From TPA_inf: Saccharomyces (taxonomy: Eukaryota), in contig BK006935.2 of the NCBI GenBank assembly GCA_000146045.2, positions 160,001 through 224,000 of the forward strand: a stretch of DNA of 64,000 bases, given 5' to 3'. Each line of letters opens with the position of its first letter. Within the stretch, counting starts at the first letter, position 1. Made by a program: the position numbers and the translations under genes. Of the stretch, positions 43,403-57,247 are shown piece after piece. Under the pieces are notes generated by a model. The model was not told where the DNA came from. It was given only the letters and a program-made list of their open reading frames with translations, and ran no database searches.

Positions 43403-46400
43403 ATGACAATGCCTCATCGCTATATGTTTTTGGCAGTCTTTACACTTCTGGCACTAACTAGTGTGGCCTCAGGAGCCACAGAGGCGTGCTTACCAGCAGG
43501 CCAGAGGAAAAGTGGGATGAATATAAATTTTTACCAGTATTCATTGAAAGATTCCTCCACATATTCGAATGCAGCATATATGGCTTATGGATATGCCTCA
43601 AAAACCAAACTAGGTTCTGTCGGAGGACAAACTGATATCTCGATTGATTATAATATTCCCTGTGTTAGTTCATCAGGCACATTTCCTTGTCCTCAAGAAG
43701 ATTCCTATGGAAACTGGGGATGCAAAGGAATGGGTGCTTGTTCTAATAGTCAAGGAATTGCATACTGGAGTACTGATTTATTTGGTTTCTATACTACCCC
43801 AACAAACGTAACCCTAGAAATGACAGGTTATTTTTTACCACCACAGACGGGTTCTTACACATTCAAGTTTGCTACAGTTGACGACTCTGCAATTCTATCA
43901 GTAGGTGGTGCAACCGCGTTCAACTGTTGTGCTCAACAGCAACCGCCGATCACATCAACGAACTTTACCATTGACGGTATCAAGCCATGGGGTGGAAGTT
44001 TGCCACCTAATATCGAAGGAACCGTCTATATGTACGCTGGCTACTATTATCCAATGAAGGTTGTTTACTCGAACGCTGTTTCTTGGGGTACACTTCCAAT
44101 TAGTGTGACACTTCCAGATGGTACCACTGTAAGTGATGACTTCGAAGGGTACGTCTATTCCTTTGACGATGACCTAAGTCAATCTAACTGTACTGTCCCT
44201 GACCCTTCAAATTATGCTGTCAGTACCACTACAACTACAACGGAACCATGGACCGGTACTTTCACTTCTACATCTACTGAAATGACCACCGTCACCGGTA
44301 CCAACGGCGTTCCAACTGACGAAACCGTCATTGTCATCAGAACTCCAACAACTGCTAGCACCATCATAACTACAACTGAGCCATGGAACAGCACTTTTAC
44401 CTCTACTTCTACCGAATTGACCACAGTCACTGGCACCAATGGTGTACGAACTGACGAAACCATCATTGTAATCAGAACACCAACAACAGCCACTACTGCC
44501 ATAACTACAACTGAGCCATGGAACAGCACTTTTACCTCTACTTCTACCGAATTGACCACAGTCACCGGTACCAATGGTTTGCCAACTGATGAGACCATCA
44601 TTGTCATCAGAACACCAACAACAGCCACTACTGCCATGACTACAACTCAGCCATGGAACGACACTTTTACCTCTACTTCTACCGAATTGACCACAGTCAC
44701 CGGTACCAATGGTTTGCCAACTGATGAGACCATCATTGTCATCAGAACACCAACAACAGCCACTACTGCCATGACTACAACTCAGCCATGGAACGACACT
44801 TTTACCTCTACTTCTACCGAATTGACCACAGTCACCGGTACCAATGGTTTGCCAACTGATGAGACCATCATTGTCATCAGAACACCAACAACAGCCACTA
44901 CTGCCATGACTACAACTCAGCCATGGAACGACACTTTTACCTCTACATCCACTGAAATCACCACCGTCACCGGTACCAATGGTTTGCCAACTGATGAGAC
45001 CATCATTGTCATCAGAACACCAACAACAGCCACTACTGCCATGACTACACCTCAGCCATGGAACGACACTTTTACCTCTACATCCACTGAAATGACCACC
45101 GTCACCGGTACCAACGGTTTGCCAACTGATGAAACCATCATTGTCATCAGAACACCAACAACAGCCACTACTGCCATAACTACAACTGAGCCATGGAACA
45201 GCACTTTTACCTCTACATCCACTGAAATGACCACCGTCACCGGTACCAACGGTTTGCCAACTGATGAAACCATCATTGTCATCAGAACACCAACAACAGC
45301 CACTACTGCCATAACTACAACTCAGCCATGGAACGACACTTTTACCTCTACATCCACTGAAATGACCACCGTCACCGGTACCAACGGTTTGCCAACTGAT
45401 GAAACCATCATTGTCATCAGAACACCAACAACAGCCACTACTGCCATGACTACAACTCAGCCATGGAACGACACTTTTACCTCTACATCCACTGAAATCA
45501 CCACCGTCACCGGTACCACCGGTTTGCCAACTGATGAGACCATCATTGTCATCAGAACACCAACAACAGCCACTACTGCCATGACTACAACTCAGCCATG
45601 GAACGACACTTTTACCTCTACATCCACTGAAATGACCACCGTCACCGGTACCAACGGCGTTCCAACTGACGAAACCGTCATTGTCATCAGAACTCCAACT
45701 AGTGAAGGTCTAATCAGCACCACCACTGAACCATGGACTGGTACTTTCACCTCTACATCCACTGAGATGACCACCGTCACCGGTACTAACGGTCAACCAA
45801 CTGACGAAACCGTGATTGTTATCAGAACTCCAACCAGTGAAGGTTTGGTTACAACCACCACTGAACCATGGACTGGTACTTTTACTTCTACATCTACTGA
45901 AATGACCACCATTACTGGAACCAACGGCGTTCCAACTGACGAAACCGTCATTGTCATCAGAACTCCAACCAGTGAAGGTCTAATCAGCACCACCACTGAA
46001 CCATGGACTGGTACTTTTACTTCTACATCTACTGAAATGACCACCATTACTGGAACCAATGGTCAACCAACTGACGAAACCGTTATTGTTATCAGAACTC
46101 CAACTAGTGAAGGTCTAATCAGCACTACAACGGAACCATGGACCGGTACTTTCACTTCTACATCTACTGAAATGACGCACGTCACCGGTACCAACGGCGT
46201 TCCAACTGACGAAACCGTCATTGTCATCAGAACTCCAACCAGTGAAGGTCTAATCAGCACCACCACTGAACCATGGACTGGCACTTTCACTTCGACTTCC
46301 ACTGAGGTTACCACCATCACTGGAACCAACGGTCAACCAACTGACGAAACTGTGATTGTTATCAGAACTCCAACCAGTGAAGGTCTAATCAGCACCACCA

Positions 46401-48016
46401 CTGAACCATGGACTGGTACTTTCACTTCTACATCTACTGAAATGACCACCGTCACCGGTACTAACGGTCAACCAACTGACGAAACCGTGATTGTTATCAG
46501 AACTCCAACCAGTGAAGGTTTGGTTACAACCACCACTGAACCATGGACTGGTACTTTTACTTCGACTTCCACTGAAATGTCTACTGTCACTGGAACCAAT
46601 GGCTTGCCAACTGATGAAACTGTCATTGTTGTCAAAACTCCAACTACTGCCATCTCATCCAGTTTGTCATCATCATCTTCAGGACAAATCACCAGCTCTA
46701 TCACGTCTTCGCGTCCAATTATTACCCCATTCTATCCTAGCAATGGAACTTCTGTGATTTCTTCCTCAGTAATTTCTTCCTCAGTCACTTCTTCTCTATT
46801 CACTTCTTCTCCAGTCATTTCTTCCTCAGTCATTTCTTCTTCTACAACAACCTCCACTTCTATATTTTCTGAATCATCTAAATCATCCGTCATTCCAACC
46901 AGTAGTTCCACCTCTGGTTCTTCTGAGAGCGAAACGAGTTCAGCTGGTTCTGTCTCTTCTTCCTCTTTTATCTCTTCTGAATCATCAAAATCTCCTACAT
47001 ATTCTTCTTCATCATTACCACTTGTTACCAGTGCGACAACAAGCCAGGAAACTGCTTCTTCATTACCACCTGCTACCACTACAAAAACGAGCGAACAAAC
47101 CACTTTGGTTACCGTGACATCCTGCGAGTCTCATGTGTGCACTGAATCCATCTCCCCTGCGATTGTTTCCACAGCTACTGTTACTGTTAGCGGCGTCACA
47201 ACAGAGTATACCACATGGTGCCCTATTTCTACTACAGAGACAACAAAGCAAACCAAAGGGACAACAGAGCAAACCACAGAAACAACAAAACAAACCACGG
47301 TAGTTACAATTTCTTCTTGTGAATCTGACGTATGCTCTAAGACTGCTTCTCCAGCCATTGTATCTACAAGCACTGCTACTATTAACGGCGTTACTACAGA
47401 ATACACAACATGGTGTCCTATTTCCACCACAGAATCGAGGCAACAAACAACGCTAGTTACTGTTACTTCCTGCGAATCTGGTGTGTGTTCCGAAACTGCT
47501 TCACCTGCCATTGTTTCGACGGCCACGGCTACTGTGAATGATGTTGTTACGGTCTATCCTACATGGAGGCCACAGACTGCGAATGAAGAGTCTGTCAGCT
47601 CTAAAATGAACAGTGCTACCGGTGAGACAACAACCAATACTTTAGCTGCTGAAACGACTACCAATACTGTAGCTGCTGAGACGATTACCAATACTGGAGC
47701 TGCTGAGACGAAAACAGTAGTCACCTCTTCGCTTTCAAGATCTAATCACGCTGAAACACAGACGGCTTCCGCGACCGATGTGATTGGTCACAGCAGTAGT
47801 GTTGTTTCTGTATCCGAAACTGGCAACACCAAGAGTCTAACAAGTTCCGGGTTGAGTACTATGTCGCAACAGCCTCGTAGCACACCAGCAAGCAGCATGG
47901 TAGGATATAGTACAGCTTCTTTAGAAATTTCAACGTATGCTGGCAGTGCCAACAGCTTACTGGCCGGTAGTGGTTTAAGTGTCTTCATTGCGTCCTTATT
48001 GCTGGCAATTATTTAA
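43403..48016 (+). CDS. FLO1: Flocculin (lectin-like cell-surface adhesin), 1537 aa: signal peptide, N-terminal PA14/mannose-binding domain, 18 tandem 45-aa Ser/Thr-rich repeats, further C-terminal repeats and a GPI-anchor signal
   Basis: The ORF translation has an N-terminal hydrophobic signal ([24 protein letters not shown]), a PA14-type domain (…[28 protein letters not shown]…[28 protein letters not shown]), 18 repeats of [37 protein letters not shown], three ~51-aa repeats of …[14 protein letters not shown]…[22 protein letters not shown]… and a hydrophobic C-terminus ([16 protein letters not shown]). Confidence 0.95.
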   Translation: MTMPHRYMFLAVFTLLALTSVASGATEACLPAGQRKSGMNINFYQYSLKDSSTYSNAAYMAYGYASKTKLGSVGGQTDISIDYNIPCVSSSGTFPCPQEDSYGNWGCKGMGACSNSQGIAYWSTDLFGFYTTPTNVTLEMTGYFLPPQTGSYTFKFATVDDSAILSVGGATAFNCCAQQQPPITSTNFTIDGIKPWGGSLPPNIEGTVYMYAGYYYPMKVVYSNAVSWGTLPISVTLPDGTTVSDDFEGYVYSFDDDLSQSNCTVPDPSNYAVSTTTTTTEPWTGTFTSTSTEMTTVTGTNGVPTDETVIVIRTPTTASTIITTTEPWNSTFTSTSTELTTVTGTNGVRTDETIIVIRTPTTATTAITTTEPWNSTFTSTSTELTTVTGTNGLPTDETIIVIRTPTTATTAMTTTQPWNDTFTSTSTELTTVTGTNGLPTDETIIVIRTPTTATTAMTTTQPWNDTFTSTSTELTTVTGTNGLPTDETIIVIRTPTTATTAMTTTQPWNDTFTSTSTEITTVTGTNGLPTDETIIVIRTPTTATTAMTTPQPWNDTFTSTSTEMTTVTGTNGLPTDETIIVIRTPTTATTAITTTEPWNSTFTSTSTEMTTVTGTNGLPTDETIIVIRTPTTATTAITTTQPWNDTFTSTSTEMTTVTGTNGLPTDETIIVIRTPTTATTAMTTTQPWNDTFTSTSTEITTVTGTTGLPTDETIIVIRTPTTATTAMTTTQPWNDTFTSTSTEMTTVTGTNGVPTDETVIVIRTPTSEGLISTTTEPWTGTFTSTSTEMTTVTGTNGQPTDETVIVIRTPTSEGLVTTTTEPWTGTFTSTSTEMTTITGTNGVPTDETVIVIRTPTSEGLISTTTEPWTGTFTSTSTEMTTITGTNGQPTDETVIVIRTPTSEGLISTTTEPWTGTFTSTSTEMTHVTGTNGVPTDETVIVIRTPTSEGLISTTTEPWTGTFTSTSTEVTTITGTNGQPTDETVIVIRTPTSEGLISTTTEPWTGTFTSTSTEMTTVTGTNGQPTDETVIVIRTPTSEGLVTTTTEPWTGTFTSTSTEMSTVTGTNGLPTDETVIVVKTPTTAISSSLSSSSSGQITSSITSSRPIITPFYPSNGTSVISSSVISSSVTSSLFTSSPVISSSVISSSTTTSTSIFSESSKSSVIPTSSSTSGSSESETSSAGSVSSSSFISSESSKSPTYSSSSLPLVTSATTSQETASSLPPATTTKTSEQTTLVTVTSCESHVCTESISPAIVSTATVTVSGVTTEYTTWCPISTTETTKQTKGTTEQTTETTKQTTVVTISSCESDVCSKTASPAIVSTSTATINGVTTEYTTWCPISTTESRQQTTLVTVTSCESGVCSETASPAIVSTATATVNDVVTVYPTWRPQTANEESVSSKMNSATGETTTNTLAAETTTNTVAAETITNTGAAETKTVVTSSLSRSNHAETQTASATDVIGHSSSVVSVSETGNTKSLTSSGLSTMSQQPRSTPASSMVGYSTASLEISTYAGSANSLLAGSGLSVFIASLLLAII
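44230..46660 (+). repeat. FLO1 internal minisatellite: about 18 tandem 135-bp (45-codon) units in two sequence subfamilies
   Basis: The repeats are near-identical at nucleotide level, for example accatcattgtcatcagaacaccaacaacagccactactgccatgactacaactcagccatggaacgacacttttacctctac…. Units 2-11 are of the TTATTA(I/M)TTT(E/Q)PWN(S/D)TFTSTSTE(L/M/I)[21 protein letters not shown] type. Units 12-18 are of the [26 protein letters not shown](V/I)TGTNG(V/Q)[12 protein letters not shown] type. Confidence 0.9.
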
Positions 48017-49559
48017 TAAAATTCGCGTTCTTTTTACGTATCTGTGTATCTTTTCTTTGCTAATTATACGCTGACATGAATTATTTTTTAACTGTTTCTC
48101 CTCCATACTTTCAAATATTCAAATTGACTAAATGATAATTCTTGCGCTTCTTATTTTGAAAAAGTAGATATGTGTATCATAAAGAAAACGTTATTATTAT
48201 TGTCTTAGGCAACAAAAATCCATGAAAAGAATTTTACCGTTATCGATATCATTGTATTTATTTTATTTATTTATTCAATTTTTTTTTTTTTGGTTTATAT
48301 CCTGCAAACAACACTTCGAATTCAATTCGATATTTCATAAGTTACAACTAACACTTATAGAAACCGATGTATGAGTACTTATTATTAACGAGGAAAAATG
48401 CCCTATTTTCTTTAGCAATTAATGAACCATCGCCAACTTTTGCTTTAACAATTATTGCCATTTTCAGCAGTACTAACGTAAGATCTAGTGTGGTTCGCTT
48501 AGGATGTTTTCGAGTAGAAATCTGCTGCACATGCCACACGCAGTACTTGAAACTTGAAATAATGGTGATAATTAGTTATTTAAAGTATGTTAATCTTCCT
48601 TGTTCTTTTATATTTATTTCGAATTCTTTTGCACTAGTATTTAAAATATCAGCAGAGGTGTAAAAGTGCACCAAAATTATTGTAAAACTACTTGCCCTAA
48701 AATTGATACTTCATACTTGACATATTCAAAAGGGGTCCAAGTATAGATGCATCAAAAAAAAAAATTATCCGATGATGAGCAAATGGTAGCTTTTCGTTCC
48801 CAGGAAGTGTAGTAGTTCCATGAAGTCTAATGAGACTTTGGAAAAAGGTTTGTCACGAGCACCTAACTATTGTATTTTGGAATTTTGATAAACTTCAAAA
48901 CGGGAACGAAGTGTTAAACTTAGATGCGGTTGATTTAAGCTTTAAAAGAGGAAAATAATGACTGATGATAAGAAGTCAACAACGATTCAAAGCAGGTGAA
49001 TTTCCATTACGTTTCGCTTTTCAATTGAAAAAAATTTGGTGGTTATTCATTTCTTGCTTGACCTCTTTACTTTTTATACTTCTGTGATGAGAAGCAAGTT
49101 CGAGGATTTTACGATAAAGCCTACTGGTTATATTTGTATAAATTAGAACGTTGTCCTTATTTCTCTTTTCGAACAGTATCAAAATAAAGTTTTTGATTAG
49201 GGCCAGATTCTCTTCAAGGAAGAGATACCTCACGTCTGTAATATCTAAGAGCTAATGTTTCGATCGAACTTTCCTTTGCTTTTTTTCTGGATCTCATAAT
49301 GTCCCACTGTATGTATGTGCCCTCGCACAGCTTTGCTCATCATAGACATTAATCATTGGTTGTACGATAAAAATATCGCAAAAATTATTCTAACGTTCAG
49401 ATTAGATTCCGGCCATATTTCTGACATTTGTTTTATTAATAAAAATTTGGCGAATGTTTTGATAACTTGATAACTGCTGATATTTCATTGTTGAAAAGGC
49501 ATGATATTAGATGCACAAAGTATATTATAACTTATTATCAGAGATATAGGAACAAAAAA

Positions 49560-49778
49560 AAAGGGAAATTCATATCTATATGTGAAAATACCATTATTTC
49601 CTCTTCTATTTAATATACTGTCCTTAATTTTCATATTACATTATCAACTTTTGCATTTCAGTGTCCATTAAATCTTGGGACCATTTTCTCAATCTTCATG
49701 TCGTGTTTTCACACCGTATATAATATACTGGTAATATAAGTACTAGTCGATAGATCGCAGTTGAGTCTTATCCCAACA
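49560..49778 (-). repeat. Diverged partial solo delta (Ty1/Ty2 LTR) relic, reverse-complement orientation
   Basis: …attacattatcaacttttgcatttcagtgtccattaaatcttgggaccattttctcaatcttcatgtcgtgttttcacaccgtatataatatactggtaatataagtactagtcgatagatcgcagttgagtcttatcccaaca aligns at about 70-75% to the reverse complement of the delta 5' half (…attacattatcaatccttgcgtttcagcttccactaatttagatgactatttctcatcatttgcgtcatcttctaacaccgtatatgataatatactagtaatgtaaatactagttagtagatgatagttgatttctattccaaca). Confidence 0.55.
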
Positions 49779-51009
49779 GTTAATGATTCACTGTGCTTTC
49801 TGTTGCTGTAGAATTTCTGAGGCATTGTCGCTCTCTTCTATGTGATGCTACAACGGAACTAGGCTTCTTATATATCGTGGTCCTACAAGATCTTGGTATC
49901 TCGTTTGCTTACTTTGAAGCTTCACTGATATATAGTATTTAAGCCACTTTCATGTTCATGGATAATCGTAATTGTACTACGCTGGTACCAGTTATGAACC
50001 CTATCAAATCATCATTGAACACTGCTATTTTTAACTAATCAAGATGTGTATGCGGCGTACTTTATAATTTCACGACACTATTGAAAGCAAACTAAAAATC
50101 AAGTAAATACCTATCCAAGTTGCGGGCTCTGGATTTATGTGGCCTTAAATTTTCGACCTATGGTTCGCTATTCAATATGAGAAAACCAAAATTAGGTACA
50201 AGTACTGATTACGTCCGTGATTCGAAAAGCAGCGTTGAAAGATTACAAGATTTTGCGTGTCCAGGCCGACACTTAACTTTAAGGTCTCGACTTAGTAACA
50301 TGAGTTGCCAAAAGTTTTTTTCTCCTATCTGAATATGGGGAACCGGAATTTGTCTTTGACCTGACTTTCAAATTGTTGCATATGTAAAAAAAAACAGAAG
50401 AAATATGATCTTCTTCTTCTAGCGATGCAAAAGGATTCATTACAAATCGTCGCAAAGGCCGACAAGTTGCAGTATATTCACATTGCTTATTTGAAGTATG
50501 TTTGTATACACATCGATAGTATTCATTAACACCACAACTGCTGTGTATACTATGTCAAACAGCATAATAAAGCCCGTCATTTTTGTACCCGCTCATTTCC
50601 AATAGGCATCTAAACTTACAAATGTGGTACACTACTTCGAATTCATTAATCGATATTGAATGCTAAAAGTCTGCGATTTCTTCCTCAACGTTCAAAAATC
50701 TCATCCAAGGCATAATCCCACATATTGAAGATCGCTACCAATTGTTACGGGCGAACTGAGGTTTTGGAAATGAGCTTGTACTTAGTAAATTTCTCTTTGC
50801 TTGCATCTTTTTCTTCCATGCCAAAAAATAAAAGATACTCATTTTAAAAGCGCAGCCATATTGACTAAGTAAGTAATCATAATACTATGAGTAATTTTTG
50901 AGTACTGTGCTCATTTACTAGCTGCTTTTCTGAGAAAGATCCTCGATAATCAATTCCAGGTTAGTGGGGCCCTTCTACGGCTTCTTCTAACCAATTGTTC
51001 CCCGTGAGT

Positions 51010-51232
51010 TGCTTTCTCTGAAAACCTTATTATACATTAGAGTTATAAGAAAATTTTCTTTTTCCCGTAGATTAACCTGCAGTGCCGAACTTCTAGATGT
51101 CACACCAGACCGTTTGACACCGCCATTTTCCTTCCTTTTCGGAAAAATGTGCCGATAAATGGTAAGACGCGACGCCACTGCTACGAATATTACGCTTATG
51201 ATGAAGCAAAAGGAAAAAGCAAGTTCCCCTTA
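51010..51232 (+). repeat. Copy B (partial) of the ~350-bp dispersed repeat
   Basis: …aaaattttctttttcccgtagattaacctgcagtgccgaacttc…ccttccttttcgg…gccgataaatgg…cttatgatgaagcaaaaggaaaaag aligns to 57400-57600 (…aaaatttcttctttcccgtagattgacttgcagcgtcaaaattcc…ccttcctttttc…gccgataaagaag…cttgtgatgaagcaaaagaggaagag). Confidence 0.55.
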
Positions 51233-54200
51233 AATTCGTATAACTGTTTCATCAATCTTTAGTTCTGGCATTTGAAAGTTAATTAAACTTTTCTTCGTGG
51301 TTTCTACAGGAGTTCTGCATGTGCGTAATTCAAAGCCTGTGAAGGAAAAAGTATTGTCCTAAACAACGGTCGTAGAATACGTCAACTGTAGTTTAAAATA
51401 TTTTCTGGCTCTACTCGGTGCGATAGGTCTGGCTCTTTTCTATTTACTTTTGTTTGGAGTTGTTGAGGCCGATACCCGTCTAGATGTAAATATGAAATAA
51501 CAGTTCGAGGTTTTATTACGAGAATGAAAAGGGTAATGGATTGGAGCATGTGTAAATGTCAATAGCAGAAAAAATTTACCGCAAATTGTTTCGTAGTCTT
51601 ATCTTCATCGGACACTCAAGGGTTGCATAATTTTTACCCAAAGGAACAGTATACTTTTTTGATAAAAAAATCTTGTTACCTATACAGTATTGCAAGCATT
51701 TTCAGAAACTCGTCTTTTGAGTTCTAAATGCATCATACAACAACAACAACAATTTCTTATTACTGTGTCCTTTTGGGATTTTTCAGCCTTCCTAGCTTAC
51801 CCAAAATAGCCTCTCAAGGTGAAAAAACCATGCCTGCAAGCGGATCTAAGGATGAGTAGCTAGATTACAATAAATCCTGAATTTTCTCTGAGTGTCAACT
51901 TTGTCATCGCTTGTTAAAGGGCTACTACGCTGAAAAAGAACCTGAACTCTGTTAATAGGTTGAAGATTTTATGACTTGGTATACTATTCCATACGGCTGC
52001 TCTCCTGATTGCGGTGGGTCATTGCTATAACAGTAAAATCAAGGAAGATAACAGGAAGAGTAACTTTAGTACAATAAATCTGTTGTCTTCCCGAGGATTA
52101 TAATTGTTCGGCTTTCACACTAAGTTGAAAAGGGGGACTCAGGAAATGACAGGGTACGTTTTAGTTTCTCCAAATAAATCTTCCACACCCAGCTTCAATG
52201 TGGTAAACGGGGGAAAGTTGATTAATTGATGTTGGCACTTATATTTAACTGATGTAGAGAAGAACAACATACTACTAACGTCACAGTCAATTGTGCCAGT
52301 TTTCCAATCAAGTATTTCGAGATAATGTAAAAGTAATTGATATATGTTCGTACTGGTTTCCCAATTTCCGGGAAAAACTATGTACATGGGTGCAATTCCT
52401 TGTGGTTATTTCCTTTTAGGTTATATTGCCAACCACATCATAGTACTATTTGCGGTCACTTCAGAAGATATGTTTGCTCCTTTGATCATGATATAGACCA
52501 GGCCAACTGTACCGCTTCAGGCTTCAAAGCATTAGGAATAAGCACCACTATTACACAACCATAGAGCTACTCTTACTGTCACGTAGGTAAAACACTTGCT
52601 ACTACACACACTCGTAGTGACTCATCTGACTATATTGCCGGTTGTTAAGAGGCACCAGTTAAGCACGCCATCAAGGGTACCGAATAATCTCTTCTGTATC
52701 AAGTATTCTACCTTTATGTCTGACCCACGTATTATGTGGAGCAATTACGTATTTTTCTCATATCAGCTTTGTTTTTACTCAACTTTGATATCTTAGAGAA
52801 ACAGATCTTGATGTTACAGCAAGGTCAGGAAAATATTTTGACAAAAACATACTAGTTTCATCCTTAGTAGTTGATTCTATGAATGCTGTACTTGAAAATA
52901 TTGTTCATAAAATCCATAAGTTTTACCAACGGTATAATATCCTGCTATTAAATCTGCAATTGCTTTTGCGAAAAGAAGGAAAACATGCAAAACAAAAGCA
53001 AAAAAAAATTGGCACCCCAATTTCTTATAATATAATAATATAACGGAAGTACACCATGCTTTCAATAATAAGATGTTTCCTGAAAAGGGCAACTATCTGA
53101 CTAGTTCAGAGCCATGCAAAAGTTAAGGATGAAAATGCCAAATAAGAAGATATTACGGAGTACATTCATTTCAAAAAGAAGAATGTATACTGCTTAGATA
53201 AGAAGATCAAGTTTTTATATTTCCGACCAAATAAGCCATCGAAAACTTTTGATGCACCAAACACCGTTCTTGAGAGCCAAGCACAGATGCAATTGTTCTG
53301 CCCTTCTTCCAAATTATGAATTGTGCATCATATCGTAAGGCCAGCCACATAAAAAAAAGGAGCAAAAAACTCAGTATACAGGCGAATATCCATCATACAG
53401 TCTAGCTGCCCTCACTACTTCCAAAAAAATGGGCTAGTGTTGTACGGTTTATGCCATATATCTAGAGTTAGCATAACTATGCACTACCGCTTTTCGAACA
53501 AAAAGTTTGCGAAACCTAGTTCATTGAATATGACTTACCCAAAATGGATACCAAGATCCTAATAATAAAGTCAATAACTTGAATTTTAGGTGCCATTATT
53601 TCCAACAATCATTATAGGCTAACTCTACCAGCAGACAAGAATACCGTTCTTCTAGTTGAGCACATGGTCAAAATAGTCAATAAAAAACGCCCAGAAATGG
53701 CTGTAAATTAGTGTTTGTAGTACACAAAATAATTTCCTAATTCCTTCCAAATGGGGTTTTCAAAAAGCTGACTCACGTAATTGATCAATACTTCACTAAA
53801 GAAGAATCATATGAATAAAACTAAAATCAACACTAACTGAGAGACTTAGCGGCCAAAGCTTAATCATCATTACATAGAGTATATGAAGGGAGTAAGTGAA
53901 TATGCAAGGGTGGGAAACGGCAAAGCATTTTTATGCAAAAAGCGTATTTACAAATCCCGTAAACTCATGATGTGAATTTTGTAACCAGCTTTAGCTGAGA
54001 TTATTTCTTTTGCAAAAGAAATATTCAATAAATTAACAATTTTCAAATAAATTACCCATCCATGGTCGATAACTTGCAAGAGAGATATCATCATTTGGCT
54101 TTTGTGATAAATTTACAAAACGTAATGTTGTATCGAGATATATTGAGTTACAAGTTTTCGTCTCTTTTTCCGAAGCGCCAGACTCCCGTATAAAAAATAA

Positions 54201-57200
54201 GGTTTATAGCGGGCATTATGCGTAGATCAGGACTTAAATTTTTCATTGCAGAAGTCCAATTTCAGACTCAGTATGGTTTGTTGTAGTGCTGGTGTAAAAG
54301 ATGGTGTTATTACTTAAGACTGATTTGGTTGCTCAGGTATTTCATTCAATAAAATTGTGAAAGAGAACCTGGAATATAGAATGGAAATATATATCCTGCT
54401 ACTAACCCCAATGGAAGGTGACGATCACTTCTTGTGCGTTCCAATCCCAGTTTTTGAATGTGCGAGTGGAAAAATTCTAGAGGAACAAATTGATATTTTC
54501 AAATCAGAATTCATCAAATATATGTACTCTGTAAAAACCAAGGATGTGATGAAGTTGAGATATTGTCTTTATGGGAAATTGACTTCTTTGTTTAATATGA
54601 ATAATGCAATTTTACTCCTCAGCTCAAGTAGTGTAAAGATTCAGTAGCCGTCATCAAATAGACTAAAAATTAAAAAATAAGATTCAATGTGGTATGATAA
54701 TGATAGATGAGAAGAAATTGCAAGAAAACGAATAAATACCTTGTCTCTTTGCACTGAATATCTTAAAGGACATACAGTCGCAATAACGTCTACTCATTGG
54801 TGTGTGTCAAAAACAGTACGTTTATTATCTGGACAGCCAAAAAATAAGATCTATTCAAACATGGAATATAGCGTATTTTTATTTAATCACGGTACAATGG
54901 AGATATTTGCATGCCTATAGAAACAAGTAATAGTTATCATATTATTTTCTAGATTTTGTCACTGAACTTTTCCACTAATGAATCCTATCAAAATTATATA
55001 TCCAATATGGCTGCATTCCCAACTAAATATTAAAATGCCGCTAAGTATAAAATGTCTCCGCATCGGTAAAAAGCATTACAAATGCGTATTATACTAGCGA
55101 GAAAAAAGTATAAGTATCAATGCCAATCACCCTCTGACCATAAACTTTCTAAACATGAATAATAAAGGTGTTGAGAGTTATTATCCTAATTGATCAATTA
55201 ATTTGAAGCAAAGTTATTATGTTAAAGAAAAAGGGATGTCACAATCCTAACTATAATTTTTGCACTATACTCTGTAGGCGTACAAAATGGTTTGTACCGA
55301 CTATATTCTCTTTATTTTTGACAATCCTTTACGATATATGATTAAGAATACCATGTTATTTTTATGAAAATCTGTGATTTTTTTGTTTTCATACACTTTT
55401 TATTTTTGTCACGTAGTGCACTTTGATTAATACAAAAAAAAATGCTGCAAAAGCATCGACTACATAAATTCATTAGGACGCATTCCTCATTACCACCTGG
55501 GTCTAATTTTTATTTTGAAATTGATATTATTCTTTATATGATGAGGTAAAAAGCATTATATTCGTTGTAAACTCATATACTTATCCTCATTTTAGGCACC
55601 ATCAGGGACTAAGGGCTAAAGTATCAGAGCCGCATTTCAACAGTGTACAGAGATTTTAGAAACATTATCACGCACTGCCTTTTGCTTTGTTTACCCGTAA
55701 TGAGTATACAGTGGATTTTCTGGTGCTAAAGCATATTGCCCTTTCGGCAATACTTGATGCCCTAAACATTTTCATCCTGGAACATACGAGTAAGAGCACA
55801 TTTATGTGCCTATATTCCTCGTTTTTTACTGGTGCTGAATTTCTTATTTTCCACAGATAACAATCATGTTAATAAATTATGCACTGTGCTAATTTTTCAA
55901 TTAAGGTTCTATTACCCCTCTATCACCGACAGAAACACGTAATGATGTGTTATTTCCATTATAATTCCGTAAGAATGGTGTTTATAGGTAGTCTAAAGAA
56001 CGTGCATCAGAGAAGAATAACTGTCGCAAAAAATGACTATTCTTTACCTTTTCAAACTTAACTGAGATAGTTATCTCTATTATTACCAGTGGCACACACG
56101 CGAACTACATCACTCACCACTATCGTCTTAGGAACTCAAGATTTTATAGTAATGCAGCCGAAGACATTCAAGTCCTGAGAGAAAATGTAGACATTTTAAG
56201 AAAAGTACCGGAAATAAAGCACATGTAAAGCATTGAGCTCTGTACTCTATAAAAATTAGCTGCATTCAAACAACAATGTTTGAAATTTTTGCAAAAGTTA
56301 TTGAAAAAGATTGCTGTTTTCAGCCTTGTTCAGATCATGTCTCAAAAATGAGAAACTGGAACTCTCATAATCAGTACCTCGTATTTTTTTTTCCTTATAG
56401 TTTCGTTATTAAAAATTTTTTTGCTGCTAATTTAAGTACGCTTTTGGTCATAAATGCTACCCACCAGTTGAATTATTGACATGATTAAAATACATTTCAG
56501 AACTTTACGGATTAAAAACTTTAAAGAACCTTTCAATCCATGTTGCTGGAGGGCCATGAATCCACGAATTACAGCAAAAGAAGACAGTAACTACTTAGGG
56601 TTCAATAATTACTTGCATAAACACACACTAACAACCAAATCGTACTAAAATTTGCAATTAACAAAACTCCATCATATCACGCTGAATTATGTAGGGCTTC
56701 TTAATGCAATAGGTTGCCTGAATTTTGCTTACTCGTGCTGCCGGGAACACTTAGCAGTTGGGAGGCCGTTTCTCCCATATATTTCATAATTTTCTGTCCT
56801 TCTTAGAGTAGGATGCTGAAAATCAAAAGAAGACCGTCAATAGGACCAGATTTTGTGGGTCAATTTTGGGCCAGACACATGATACCCTAGGAAGTTTAAC
56901 GGTATACAACTCAAGGACGAGGAGTATTCGGAAACTACCGGTTTTTAACAAGCTGCAAATTTCCAGTAGCTGTTTTGGTTGCGACTACGGATAAAAATTC
57001 ATACTTTAGGAAGTGAAGCAAGATAAAAAATCATGCTGCATCCTAATTCGTGAAGTTTGTTAGGAATATTATTGTAAACAAGGAACCGTTTCAGTAAACT
57101 TGCTCTCTACTCTTCTAAGCTGTAATTTAAAAAAAGCGATAAAACAATGATTTTGATTATCTGCAACTTCTGGAAACTCGAGATACTACGCTAGACGAGA

Positions 57201-57247
57201 TACCTATTAATTGTTTTCCTAAAAAATCAGGAACAGTTCCTGGCAGC

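Noticed and set aside
44212-47526. Antisense ORFs tiled across the FLO1 repeats (44212-44637, 45052-45312, 45592-46329, 46468-46704, 46732-47526), encoding VVVTVV… peptides.
   Set aside because: They are periodic read-through of the reverse complement of a Thr/Ser codon minisatellite. They are identical to each other only because the sense repeats are, and there is no independent coding evidence.
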